Shown here: positions 1-12,400 of the stretch, piece after piece
Position numbering within the stretch: position 1 is the stretch's first letter
Layout: every line of letters begins with the position of its first letter
Source of the DNA: Octopus bimaculoides
Lineage: Eukaryota
Reading direction: 5' to 3'
DNA length: 57,164 bases
Assembly: GCF_001194135.2 (NCBI RefSeq)
Contig: NC_068985.1
Coordinates: 76,600,490-76,657,653 of the forward strand
Position numbers and translations under genes: made by a program
Notes under the pieces: model-generated
The model's database searches: none
Told to the model about the DNA's origin: nothing
The model's input: the letters and a program-made list of their open reading frames with translations, nothing else

Positions 1-45
<45 letters not shown>

Positions 46-96
46 CACGTACACATGTATACATACATACACACACAAGCATATATATACACACAT

Positions 97-843
97 TGGC
101 TTCAACCACGGCCTACAGACGACTTCAGAATCTCCTGCAACTCTTCTGAATGGTCTCTTTGATTAAGTTGGGGAATGCTGCCATAATCCTTGCTTCATTT
201 AATCTTTGATGTTACAAGGAATTTTGTTGGTCTGTCACTCAACTGCAAACCAACACCTAATAATCAAGGGGGTTACAGTTTGGAGAATTAAGTGGCCAGA
301 TGTTTGGGGTAATATGGTCGTAGAAATTGTCTGACAGCCATGACTGGGTTCTCCTGTTTGTGTGGCATAGTGCAGAGTCCTGTTGCCAGACATAGGGTCT
401 TCCAGCAGCCACCCTCTTGACTCAGGGCAGCACTACCTTCTCCAGACACTTGATTTAGGCCTCAATGTTGACTGTGAGGCCATGTGGGGAGATGAATGGA
501 GGCATAATGTTACCATCACTAGCGATCACTGCAAACACCATGATGTTGACTGGTCTTTTGATTTTTATTACTCTCGGTACATCTCGTCAGATTGCACTGT
601 TTTCAGATTGAAACTCAAGCACTCTGAAATGTTCATATTGGAACTTCCAATGTGAATGCCAAGCAGTACAGCATGTCGTTTACAAATTTCTGGCAGAGTG
701 ATTTGTGTCATGGTGCTGCTTTTCTCACAGACAGTGCCCAACTGACCTACCATTCTGTGTAGTCGACAAAATCAAAAACAAACAATGCACATGTACAAAA
801 TTAAAAATGTAAAATAGCAGCAATTTACCCATCGCACCCTGTA
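97..843 (-). mobile_element. Internally deleted Tc1/mariner DD37D (maT-like) transposon relic
   Basis: Terminus TA-CAGGGTG at 843-835. N-terminal RHAVLLGI...NISECL is fused to VMVF.VI.SDG...WQQDSA...NPLDY, with 37 residues between the last two Asp. Several stop codons. Confidence 0.85.
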
Positions 844-941
844 CATATATACATACACAAACATAATGTATGTGTATATATATATTTATATCATCATAAC
901 CATTTTTAACATCTGCCTGCCATGCTGGCATTGGTTGGAAG

Positions 942-989
<48 letters not shown>

Positions 990-1736
990 GCAATCTATGT
1001 TTCATAGTTAATGTATACTCACTGTTAATAGGTCAGTTACTGCAGTATCTGTCCTGAAATAACATCTGTTATAGACTTGTGTTTTTAAAACAATAAATGT
1101 CAAAACGAGACAAAAATTTCATCTCAGGAGTGGCCAAAAAGGAATCAAAATGCATTGGTACTCAAACACAAACACATGCACATGCATGCACACACACACA
1201 CACATATACATGCACATGCATACAGACACACACATATACATGCATGCACACACACGCATATACATGCACATGCATACAGACACACACATGTAATATGATC
1301 AAAAATGAGTTTAGGAAATGGCCAGCGAAATGTATCTGAACCACATAGACAAATGCAAATATATCAAATACCAGACAGCATAAATTCTTGATTTATTAAA
1401 ATTATCTCCACCATGGATCATAATAACCATAAGTCAATTAAGACTAATGTCCACTTGAGAAGGGTAGATAATCTTGATAATCAAAGTTCTGCACAGTTGA
1501 AATGCAATTAAAGGACAGGCTTATTGTTTGGATGATAAGAGGGCATTCGTGGACACATGTTTCTGCCTCAATAGCCATCATCAGTGCAACAATTGTCTGA
1601 CCTTATCTCCAGTAACCAAAAGACTTAGACTTATACAAAAAAGAGTAGAACACATTTATGGCCTAGGTAATCTGTATACTATAAGCAAAAATGAACTAAG
1701 AGAAATAACTCAGAGTGGGAATAGATAAACACATAT

Positions 1737-1785
<49 letters not shown>

Positions 1786-2557
1786 GGTACATGGCTCAGT
1801 GGTTTGAGCATTGGGCTCACGATCATAAGGTAATGAGTTCGATTTCTGGATCAGGCTGTGTATTGTGTTCTTGAGCAAAACACTTTATTTCACATTGTTC
1901 CAGTTACCTCTGCTGTAGAAATCAGTTGCAATGTCACTGGTGCCAAGCTTTATTGGCCTTTGCCTTTCTCTTGAATAACGTTGGTGGTGTGGAGAAGGGA
2001 GGCTGGTATGTATGGGCGACTGGTAATCTTCCATAGACAACACTGCCCAGACTTGTGCCTCAGAGGGGAACACTCTAGGTGCATTCCATGTCTTTCAAAT
2101 GACACCACCCTGCTAAGCTAGGTGAGCAGGCCAACATTCCCCCTGATCGGAAGATTATTCTGTTACAAGGTTATCCATCTACATCTGAGTAGACTGGAGC
2201 AAAGGGAAATGGAGTGTCATTCTCAAGAATACAATGAACCACCCAGACTGGGAATTGAAACCATGATCTAGCGATCGTGTGTGCAATACTCTAACAACAG
2301 GTCCACATACCTTCACACACACACACACACACACACATGTATATAAGGTCTGAGATGATTGGGGGTTTACTATGTTTGAGAAGATCTATTTTAGCTAAAA
2401 TGGAGTTCATAGGTGCATATTGGTTATACCTACCATCTCTGAAGAGCACATGCTATTACTTAACTATGCTGTTAACTAATATCCGGTTATTTAATACCCA
2501 GTGTGAAACTGATTGTTAAAATTAGCTGAAATGGTCGAATGATACTGCATATTCCAA

Positions 2558-2589
<32 letters not shown>

Positions 2590-2590
<1 letters not shown>

Positions 2591-3075
2591 TGATGACCTT
2601 GCTCTTATAACTGAGTCCAGTTATGGAAACAAAGTCTAGAGTCAAAGGGCCTTAGAGTTAACCTAGCAAAAAGCAAAGTCTTAGTAAGTACAAAGGCAGA
2701 CAAATCACAAATCTCTTCAGGTATACAGCCCTGCTGAATCTGTAGAAAAGTTGTAGGTAGAAACTCCATAAGATGCACTCAGTATAAGTTTTAGACACAT
2801 AGAAGGTGCAGCAACATCAGAGGAAGGTTAACAGGGAAACTAATTTTTGTATGCAGAAGATGCACAGATACAATAAACACTGAAAATGGGCAGAAAATAG
2901 ACTCCATCAACTGCCAGAGGGACAAGTAGACAAGTAGATAACTTCCATTATTTAGGTGACCAAGTTAGTAGTAGAAGTGGATACTCCAAGAGTGTAGCTG
3001 TGAGAATAAGATTAGGCTGGGCAAAGTTCAGAGAGCTCCTACCCCTGCTGGCAACAAAGGGCCTCTTTCTCATCA
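2590..3075 (+). mobile_element. RTE-clade LINE reverse transcriptase C-terminal fragment
   Basis: Degenerate DDLALI..., SKGLRVNLAK.KV, Cys-rich CTQC insert, YLGDQVS, AVRIRLGWAKFRELLPLL. Confidence 0.8.
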
Positions 3076-3079
3076 AGCC

Positions 3080-3352
3080 AAGCAAAATTGCTGTCATGGC
3101 AGATACCGGTGTCATGCAAATTGACACCTGTGGTAGTGGAACATAATAGCACCTTGATGTTACACAAATGGCACATAAAAGCACTTGTTACATTCACAGA
3201 GTGGTTGGCATTAGAAAGGGCATTCAGCTATAGAAAACCATGCCAAATCAGACTGCAGTCTGATGCAGTCTTCCAGCATGCAAGCCTGGTGAAACCGTCC
3301 AGTCCATGTAGGCATAGACAACGGACGTTAAATGATGATGATGATGATGATG
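3080..3352 (+). mobile_element. LINE/SINE-type 3' tail segment ending in (GAT)n
   Basis: Similar to 30880-31040 and 31740-31895 (gtggttggcattag.aagggcat.cagct.tagaaac...ccgtccaacccatg), followed by acggacgttaaatgatgatg. Confidence 0.6.
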
Positions 3353-3385
3353 ATATGTATCATCAAATGTAAAAAGCAACCCAAA

Positions 3386-3550
3386 TTGCTGAAAAAATTT
3401 TTGACAAATGTTAAGCTTCACATAATAACCACGAAACCAATGGTTAAAAAATGTGGAGATCCAAACTGTGGAACATGCCCCAACCAACTGGAAGGCTCAG
3501 AATTCCAATTCAAGCAAGAAGAGAGGTTCACAATTAAAACCAACTATAAC
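3386..3550 (+). mobile_element. Penelope-like element fragment (Cys-rich linker upstream of GIY-YIG)
   Basis: KCGDPNCGTCPNQLEGSEFQFK...F.IK pattern. Confidence 0.6.
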
Positions 3551-3598
3551 TTTCTCAGGTTGAGGATATAACTATATAGGACAGACAAGTATGGAACT

Positions 3599-4403
3599 GA
3601 ATCTTTTTGATTTGGCGGGTGCCACTTTTTATTTATGTTTTATTTAGTGTGTTTTCTACCGAAACACTTTCAAACTTCGTATACTTGTATATTTTGTGTT
3701 ATAGAAGAGATAAAATTTTTTCTATTCAAAGTTATTTCATGTAAAAAATTGTCGTATTTCGGTAATTTCAACCAATCACTGACGAGGTGAAAACAATTAC
3801 TGCTGTGAATCATCAACAAAGCGTTGTGCGGTGTAATGGGATCTTTTCCCTTGAATAAAATTAGTGCCGTTGTTTGTAAACAACAACTATCAGCGGTAAT
3901 GTTATTTATGACATCGTCCGTGCGTTTGTACTGGTTTTAGCTTTAGGGTTTTAGGGTTAGGGTTAGGGTTAGGGTTATGAGTATTTTTGCCAATGCTCAT
4001 AACCCTAACCCTAACCCTAAAACCTTAACCCTAACCCTAACTCTAAAACCCTAAAGCTAAAACCAGTACAAACGCACGAACGATGTCATAAATAACATTA
4101 CCACCGATAGTTGTTGTTGACAAACAACAGCACTAATTTTATTCAAGGGAAAAGATCCTATTACACTGCACAACGCTTTGTTGACGATTCACAGCAGTAA
4201 TTGTTTTCACCTCAATAGACGTCAGTGATTGGTTGAAATTACCGAAATACGACAATTTTAACACGAAATAACTTTAAAAAGATAAAACTTTCTCAATAAC
4301 ACTAAGAGTAAAAGATGTTTTATATGACACATTCTACCAGTGTCCGAAGTTTGAAAGTGTTTCGTTTAGAAAACAAGTGGCGCCCGCCAAATCAGAAAGA
4401 TCC
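3599..4403. mobile_element. 805-bp foldback non-autonomous DNA transposon with central inverted telomeric arrays
   Basis: Arms are reverse complements over about 380-400 bp. Perfect 8-bp direct repeat ATGGAACT at 3591-3598 and 4404-4411. Termini G(A/G)ATCTTT. Confidence 0.88.
3943..4056. repeat. Head-to-head interstitial telomeric repeats (TTAGGG)n-spacer-(CCCTAA)n
   Basis: TTAGGG-type array at 3943-3977, 22-bp spacer tgagtatttttgccaatgctca, CCCTAA-type array at 4000-4056. Confidence 0.95.
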
Positions 4404-5138
4404 ATGGAACTTAGAGTCACACTACATAAGGAATAGATCTGTTTCTCAAAGTACAGACAGGTACCCTTGAGTAAACACATAGAAAGATGTGCAGGGAATC
4501 TCAAACTAAATTTCAGTTTTCCCCATCTACCAGTGTAAAGAAGCAATTTCTGTACAAGAACGTTTAAATAAATAAAATTTATTTATAAAAAAAAAAAAAC
4601 AGAACACACCTAAATATGAACATATAACCAACTTAGGTGTCAGTATATACTTTAATTCATAATTACATATCCATCACTGTACATATTTCATCTCACTACT
4701 TTAATTTATGAGTTTTTGTATGTTTATTTATCTCACTCCAAAAAAGAGCAATTACCTCCCCTGTCCCAAGTAACAACTATCACCAATTACCACTCCTTCG
4801 ATTTTTGTACTAGCTGATTCATCTACAAACTTTCATACAAGAACATGGACTAAAGTCCTCCTAAGAAAATACGAAATTACAATAATTTCAATGTCATGAT
4901 TAGCAAAAGCGAAACTGGTTGACAACCACAACACTCTTTCATTGAAAATATATTAAAACTATGTAAACTGCATGCATTTTCCTTCTTTTATTATATATGT
5001 ATATGTATATATATANNNNNNNNNNATAATCACAGTAGCTTCTAAGTCACTGTGCCAAGAAAGGCTGTATATGGTCACTTGAGAAGCTAAAAATAGATGC
5101 CAAATCCTTTTCAACACATATATCACCATCTTAGGATA

Positions 5139-6457
5139 TCAAACTGAATAAAAAGTAAGCAATGTTTTGAATCATAAAATTCATCGCAATATATTTCAAT
5201 AATGCGGAAATTTTGTTCAACCAAGTAAGTACATTATAATCAACACATTTTTACCAACGAGTTACAAGTTTGTTTATTCCAGTAACATAAAAATCTGGAG
5301 CTGATGAATTCTTTGAATACATTTTTAGCATGGGTTTGGTTTTTGAACTCCTTCTTGCGTGGGAAACCATCAAGATACTTGAAAGAATGGCAGTTGGTAG
5401 GAGAAAGATCTGGGGAATAAGTTGGGTGGGGAAGAACTTCATAGCCAAGTTTCTTCAACTTCTGGATCATCATTGGTGAAACATGTAGTAGAGCATTGGT
5501 GAAACATGTAGTAGAGCATTGGTGAAACATGTAGTAGAGCATTGATGAAACGTGTAGTAGTGCATTGGTGAAACGTGTAGTAGAGCATTGTCTTCTGTTG
5601 ATGGGATGGAAGAGTAACAGTTTTTCATTTATTTTGGCAATTTCATGGCAATATGTTTCAGTAGTAATAGTTTTTCTGGGTTTTATGAAGTTATTGTAGA
5701 TGAGTCCAGTAGTACACCACCAAACATTCACCATGACCTTCTTTTTGAAGAACTCAGGTTTAGGGAAGGTTTTCAGTGCTTCATTTTGGTCCAACCACTG
5801 CAGAGAACATTTTTTATTATTGTACAGAATCCACTTTTCTTCGCAATATGCTCGAGAAATGGATCAGTCTTGTTACGGAGAAGTGATGAACAAATTTCAT
5901 ATCTGCGCATTTTCTGATTTTCATTCAAATTGTGTGGTACCCATTTGTCTAGATTTTTTTTATTTTTCCAATCGCATGCAAATGGTTGCAGTCAATTTTC
6001 TGGCTAGCTTGAAGTTCTTTTGCCAGTTCTCAAGCAGTTTTATGTGGTTGTTTCTTAATAACTGTCATCAATGACAGATGGGCATCTACTGTGCTCACAA
6101 TCTTCAAGGCTGAAGTCTCCACTGTGAAATCATTTCGATCATTTTCGAGCTGATCACTCATTGGTCATTTCCTCACCAAACATTTTGTTGATATTGCAAG
6201 CTGTTTCAGCTGCTTTATGCCCTTTCTTGAAGTTGAATAGCAAAATTGCTTGAATATCACGATTTGACAGTTATATTTCAGATGATTGTAACAACGGTAA
6301 AAAAATATCAATGTTAATTCATTGATGCATTTGGACAAGTCTAAGTCTGTATTATCAGACAATTGCAAAAAATGTTTAAAAAGAATTCAAAACTCTGCAA
6401 AAATCTTGTACAAATTCATCATGGTTCAAAACATTGCTTATTTTTTACTCAACCTTA
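5139..6457 (-). mobile_element. Near full-length degenerate mariner (DD34D-type) element
   Basis: Matching TIRs (tgaataaaaagtaagcaatgttttgaa / ttcaaaacattgcttattttttactca) flanked by TA. WVPHNL and YSPDLSP motifs. Frameshifts. Confidence 0.9.
5471..5592. repeat. 23-bp tandem repeat x5 inside the mariner transposase
   Basis: Unit cattggtgaaacatgtagtagag. Confidence 0.95.
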
Positions 6458-6800
6458 TATAAACATGCCACATTCAATAATGTAGTCAAGATATCCCAAA
6501 TGGTGTGATGATCAAGGCTGGAACAAATTTCTAGGTAGGTTTTACTCAATCATGGTTAGCCTAGGATTAAACAAAAATGATTTAAATTAATGACAGAAAT
6601 TAAAAGACTAGGTTACCCACCATTTAATTGAGATAAACGAGGGCTTGTTGAATGAAGCAGAGATGTTGGCAGTGTTGAAGTTTGTGTTATTGTTGGTGTG
6701 GAAAGCTTGTCACTTGTAATTTTTTTTGTCTTAATGTGTTGGAAAGCTAATTATTTGTAATAATTTTTGTGTTCAAATATCTTAATAACAATATACTCAC

Positions 6801-6911
6801 CACAGTCGGCTTCATCCTGACCATTCTCACAATCAGTATGGCCATCACATACTTTGCTTCTATCCAGACATCTTCCTTTATGTCGGCCCCTCAGGCCACA
6901 GTTAAATGAAT
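6801..6911 (-). CDS. Coding exon (111 nt), LDL-receptor class A repeat (D-SFNCGLRGRHKGRCLDRSKVCDGHTDCENGQDEADC)
   Basis: Acceptor tttgtcctgtttag, donor G|gtgagt. Phase 1-1. Has the CDG..DC..G.DE..C LDLa motif; the first Cys (CPK) comes from the previous exon. Confidence 0.93.
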
Positions 6912-8478
6912 CTAAACAGGACAAACTCAATTATCAAATCATATACCCTTTTTTTAGAAATGTCAAGGTTTCATTTAGCTTATATATGTATACTATAGTT
7001 CTAGGTTTACCACAGTTCATTCACACAGACTGATTCACTGATGGTGACATGGCTGATGGGTGACTTTAGACGCTTCAGACAGTGCCTGGCAATCAAGCTG
7101 AAACCAATTTCTGGCTCCCTTATTGGTCAACTAGACGCACTTGCCATAGAGTTGCTCTCTGATCACTATCTATATTGGTAGGGGAGAACAAGGGGCACTG
7201 TGACCAGCCTCCCCAGGGAACTCAAGAAGAGAATTATTATAGAACTGAAACAATTCAATGACAAGTAGAGGAACATTGTTCTCTCTATGTATTACACCAC
7301 TTTCATCAATGGTCAATCTACTCATCATTCATATATAGTAAGCTATTGGAACTGATTCTGATAACCTAAACTTGCAGTAATTTTCACATGGAGACATTAA
7401 TTCTGAGTCTGATTACCCACAGCTCAGATTGTCCAACACCCTGAAGAAATATATTTACTGGAAAGACTGTAAAAATCTTTCATCGTCAGATAAAAGACAT
7501 TAAATCAAACATCTAAATAACTCAAAACAGCTCCAGGCCTTGAATTTCTTCTACTTACACACAAACATTTAGTACTTAAAAATTTAAACTGGCCATAGCC
7601 AACTCAGGTATTCCATCTGTTATATGTTCAAACTGGCCATATTAGGCTTCTCACATCTCCCTACAATGTCATTCTAAAAATAAGCAATTGTATCATCAAA
7701 ATCTTAAAGCCATGAAATAATGCATGATTAGTTCAAAGCAATGTGAATAAATAAGCATTACATTTGACATAATAATCTGGATGCTAAAAGGTTAATGTGT
7801 TATGAATACACTCAATCAACCTCCTGAGTTAGCAGCTAGAGCAGTTGCCTCCAACATTAATGTCACAAGTATTCAAGAACATTGATTCCTTCGTGATGAG
7901 TTAGATCTCAAATATCATGATATTAGTAATGCTTAGAATCTACTGTGTACCTCTGCAGGAAAAAAAACTATTGTTGTATCAGTTAGTGGAGTAGGTATAC
8001 TTCTTAATCTACAAACATCCAAGTCTTTAAGTAGTTTGAAAAGATTTTCCTAAGTAGATAATTGTTACTTTCAATAGGAATCCTTGTACTGCTGAGATCT
8101 CCTGCTATAGTCAAACTAATATTTGTGACAAAAAAGTTGTACATATGTCTTGGAAGTTCTCATTCACTTGATAAATATCAAAGTATCATAGGCAAAAATA
8201 TAAAGTATAAATTGGATGTAATGGAAATCACAAATATGAATTTCAAAAATCCACTAAAAGACCATTACAATTGACAGAGTAATTAGAATGCAAAAGGGCT
8301 AAATATTTACTTTTGTCTTTGATGACAGGTCTGCTGGTTCAAGGCTAACTTGGCGCTATACATTATCATCATCATTAATGACTCCTATTATTATTACTAC
8401 TACTACTAATACTACTACTACTACTACAAAAAGAAACAGAGTTAGTTATAGTATATAAATTCAAAATTCTGTACCAAC

Positions 8479-8712
8479 CTTTTGGGCATGCTGGCATCTG
8501 GCAAACAAATGGTTCTGGTTTGTTACATTGATTTAAATACCACTTCCATTGTTTGTGTTTGTCTGAATATTTTAAGCTGCAACATTTTCCATCTTCTAGG
8601 CTGGGTTGGCTGTCTCCCCACAAACCAAATGCAACACTACTTTCAGATCCATCACTCCAAAATGCTTTGGTGATGTTTGTCACAGATTTCTGAGCATTTA
8701 GATATGTGTAAC
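8479..8712 (-). CDS. Coding exon (234 nt), CTL C-terminal half (YTYLNAQ...FWSDG...WGDSQPSLEDGKCC...WYLNQC...PFVCQMPACPK)
   Basis: Acceptor tttttaag, donor G|gttggt. Phase 1-1. Contains W.DG, QP and C..FVC CTL motifs and overlaps ORF 8375..8683. Confidence 0.93.
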
Positions 8713-9766
8713 CTTAAAAATATATCAGCAGCAGAGTGAAACACAAAGATTAATATATATATATATATGTATATATATAGATAGATTTTGTTTTAAAATA
8801 TATATATATATAAAGATGGTTTCTTTATGATACACTTGTAAAAAAATGTATTGCTAAAAGTGTGTATACCATATAATTATACATGTTTGTGTGTGCATAT
8901 GTGTGTGTACATATATATGTGTGTGTAGAATGTAAACATTGAAGCATCTAGAAAGTTTTATGCAAATGAAGTATCTTGAATGCCATTCTAGTAATAAATG
9001 ATAGCTCATAATGCATAGGGTAAAAATCGAATTTGAGAGGAAAAAAAAAGCCACCTGCAGAACTTGAACCAAACATTAAACTATTGCCCCTTTTTGAGTT
9101 TCTTCTAAATGCTTTAGCGTTACAAGTGAGAAAAAACCTTGCATCTGGCATTAAGAAGAATTCCTACAATGCAGAATATCATCATCATCATCATCATTGT
9201 CATCGTCATTATTGTCATCATTGTCATCACCATTATCATTCGATGTTCATGTTCCATGCTGGCATGGGTTGGACAGTTTGACAGAATGCAATGTGTCCAA
9301 GAACTGCATTGTGCTCCACTGTCTGCTTTGACATGGTTTCTGTGGATGGATGCACTTACCAATGTCAACCATTTTACAGCAGGTACTGAGTGTTTTTTTT
9401 TTTTTTTCATGCCAGTTGCGTTATTGAGGTCATTATGTAGCTTACAGGATTACGAACACTGGGGGAAGTGGGGTGGGAGTTAGTTACATGCTAAGTGACA
9501 AAGGGTGGCTAAACTGTGAGAAGTGGAGGTAGGGTTAGAACAGAGCCTTATAAAGGACCTGCATAGCTATTCACATTTAGTAGAAAGGGAAGAGAAGAAA
9601 GAGAAAATGATCAGTAGGAACCACAGAGCGATAACCCATTTCTAATTTCCACAAAATTTATTCCATCACAAGTGATTGTAGAATAGCCTATTAAATGACA
9701 CAAAATTCTCTAAAATCCAAGTAATGGGCCAGTATTAAACTAGGGTCCAAGATGCCTGCTACTCAC

Positions 9767-9805
9767 CATTGTTTTGTTCAGGAATACCAGAAGTTATTTT
9801 ATATC
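9767..9805 (-). CDS. Candidate 39-nt symmetric micro-exon (G-YKITSGIPEQNN-G) of the same gene
   Basis: Acceptor tgtatgttag, strong donor ATG|gtgagt. Phase 1-1, no stop, lies between the WIG exon and the next CTL exon. No transcript evidence. Confidence 0.4.
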
Positions 9806-10540
9806 CTAACATACAAGATTTGTTGCCAAAATAATATTATTAATCCCAAACTACTTTACAAAGGTTTCTTATCCTATGATTGAACAGTCTTAGTCATAGT
9901 TCTTCCCACTTCCCATAGAGCATCAGATGATGAGAGATATCCACCTAACATGGTTGAAAACCCTTTCAAGAACACTCTCTTCCAGCTAGGCCAACATTTA
10001 CCAGGTCTCACCTCTTACATTTTTTTCTCTAGCTTCCACTTGAGAGGGACTCTCTCTGGACTCTTGTTGAACCATTCACAGTTCATGGCTAAGCATCTTC
10101 TGTCATCTCACAAGAATAGAATTTATACTGCATGGCACTATCCACAACTTTGTCATGCTTGGTCCACAATGTGGTCATACCAAGAAATTCCCAGTATGAT
10201 CTCAAGGCAATGACTGCAGAAAATACTATCAGTTCCATTGATTATGATCAAAGTTATTCTAACTATGACCTTTCCATCTAATTATATATCAAGGGTTATA
10301 TTATCTCATGAGTCTTTCCTTTTTATAAGATAATAAAGTGTGAATTGAGATATCTGCTTCTTCCAAGTTTTCAAAATTACTCATTGAACATCATTTAATG
10401 AAACAGAAACAATGATGTTGTGTTTGTTGTTGTTTAGCTCCAGTCCTTTTTAACAGAGATTTTGCTGCTATTTCTACCAGATTAAGCAACCATGTTGAAG
10501 CCTCACATTGGTTTGAGAGGTTAATATTTGAAAGTGTCAA

Positions 10541-10759
10541 AAGGCGATGAACTGGCAGAATCATTAGCATGGCAGGTGGAATGCTTAGTGACATTTCGTC
10601 CTTCTTTACATTCTGAGTTCAAATTCTGCTGAGGTCAACTTTGTCTTTCATCATTTCAAGGTTGACAAAATAGGTACCAGTTGAACATTGGGCTGATGCA
10701 ATCAACTTAAGCCCTTCTATAAAATTGCTAGCCTTGTGCCAAAATTGAAAGCCAATATT
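10541..10759 (+). mobile_element. tRNA-derived SINE, family A
   Basis: Head aaggcg..gaactggcagaatc.ttagca, B-box gagttcaaattc, tail gccttgtgccaaaattgaaa. Many copies in the window. Confidence 0.85.
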
Positions 10760-11365
10760 AGAGAGAGTCGTTAGGATGTCAGTAGAAAGTGTTGGTAGAA
10801 AATGTCAGCAGCAGAGAATGTCTGTAGAAAGTGTTGATAGAGGTATTGGCTGAAAATGTCAGTGGAAAATGTTGGCAGAAAGAGTCACCAGAAGATGTCA
10901 TCAGAATTCCAATCAATCATGTTAAGAAGCACAAAATGTTGCTGCTCAGCTTGCATGGACATGAATGGAGTTATGCAGAACTGAGAAGAAGATATCAGGT
11001 GGTAAGGGCTATAGTGAAATCTGTAGGACTGGTCAGGAAGAGAGGTGGTGGGTTTTGTATGGCAGTAGTGGTGGTGTATTGAATATCTTGTTAAATGTAA
11101 CAGAAGATTCAATGTAATCCTCTAAAACAGCCAGCACAAAAATAAACTCACCTCCACAAAGAAAAAAAAACGTTGAGAAGTAAAATGTTGTTGGGGTCAT
11201 GACAGCAATAGCAATAATAAACACAATGTCATAGGCATAGGGATGAAGAAGGTGATGATGATGATGATACTAGTGGTGGTGGTAGTGGTGGTCATAGAGA
11301 TAACAACATATAAAGGCTACAGTAGAAATAAAGAAAATGCAATTAAGCTAATGAGTGATATTTAC

Positions 11366-11466
11366 CAATCCATGCATTAACATTGTTTCCATTTAGTCCA
11401 CTGATGATATTTCCAAGCCTGTTATTGATATGATACCCTAAAGGTTCAGCTAGAATTGATGAATAG
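11366..11466 (-). CDS. Coding exon (101 nt, YSSILAEPLGYHINNRLGNIISGLNGNNVNAWI-G), CTL helix 2 to WIG motif
   Basis: Acceptor ttttctttgtag, donor G|gtaaat. Open frame, phase 2 in and phase 1 out, matching both neighbours. Ends in the CTL WIG motif. Confidence 0.9.
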
Positions 11467-11533
11467 CTACAAAGAAAATCATGGCAAATATTAAACATAC
11501 AGATTGTAGATATGTATTTCTACAGTTAATAGA

Positions 11534-12400
11534 GTGATTGCGCAATTCACCAGAGAGGGGAAGGAGTCCACATCACCTCGCCCAGATCAACCAGGGTCCT
11601 CTGACAGGATCCTTCGCTTTGTTAAGAGAAGTGTGAAGGATAATCCTTGTTGCAAGGCCTCTGACATAGCAGAACAAGTTGATGTCACTCCCAGAACAGC
11701 TGCTAGGTATCTCCACAAACATGGCTACTATGTCAGAACAGCAAGAAGGAAGCCACTTCTTCAGCCAGCCGATATCAAGCAGAGAATGACTGGGGCGTGA
11801 AATGGTTGTGAGGCCACTAGCATTTTGGGACACTGTCATATTCTCTGATGAGTCCAGGTTTGCTGTATTTTCTGACAGTGGTCAAGTGTGGGTCTGGAGA
11901 TTCAGTGATCAAAAATTTGATGTGAAAAGATTGCAGCCAACAATGAAACACAGCAGCTATTCTGTGATGGTCTGGGGAGCAATTTGGAGCAATGGTTGAT
12001 CAGAGCTAGTGGAGTATGAGGAAAACATAAACTCAGATAAATATGTGTCCATATTGCAGAAAGGACCCCTTCCACTCTTCTCCAGGGGTGGAGTGATTAA
12101 AAAAGACTATTTATGAAAGATGGGGCTCCGTGTCACACAGCTAAAATGACCCAAGATTTGTTGGAGGAGAATGGCATTAAAAAGCTTCCATGGCCAAGCC
12201 AGTCACCGGATATGACCCTATTGAACACCTCTGGGACATAAAAAGAACAAGAAAGCATCTTCAAAGCCGGATCTTTTGAGATTACTGCATGAAACTTGGC
12301 AAAAGATTCTGCAAGAGAATATTCGTCATCTGATCAATAACATGCCTAATAGAATCCTTGCTTTGAAAAAGGCAAGGGCCATGTCTACTAAATATTGAAT
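11534..12400 (+). mobile_element. 5'-truncated Tc1 (DD34E) transposase relic
   Basis: ARRKPLL, VIFSDESRF, VMVWG, KDGAPCH, WPSQSPDM.PIEH.W motifs. 34 residues from D to E after correcting a 1-nt deletion. Confidence 0.9.

Noticed and set aside
3943-4056. Ancestral chromosome end-to-end fusion site
   Set aside because: The arrays are short and sit inside a TSD-flanked foldback element, so transposition explains them better.
5200-5232. Second mariner TIR
   Set aside because: It is the transposase C-terminal coding remnant (KCVDYN.TY.VE).
5471-5592. CRISPR-like array
   Set aside because: The repeats are contiguous with no spacers, inside a eukaryotic transposase.
1-6800. CUB exon expected after the LDLa exon
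   Set aside because: No SPNYP-like phase-1 exon was found by eye; it probably lies beyond the left edge of the window.
9055-9163. AG/GT-bounded open segment as an extra exon
   Set aside because: At 109 nt it would break the frame between phase-1 exons; the donor is weak and it has no CTL similarity.
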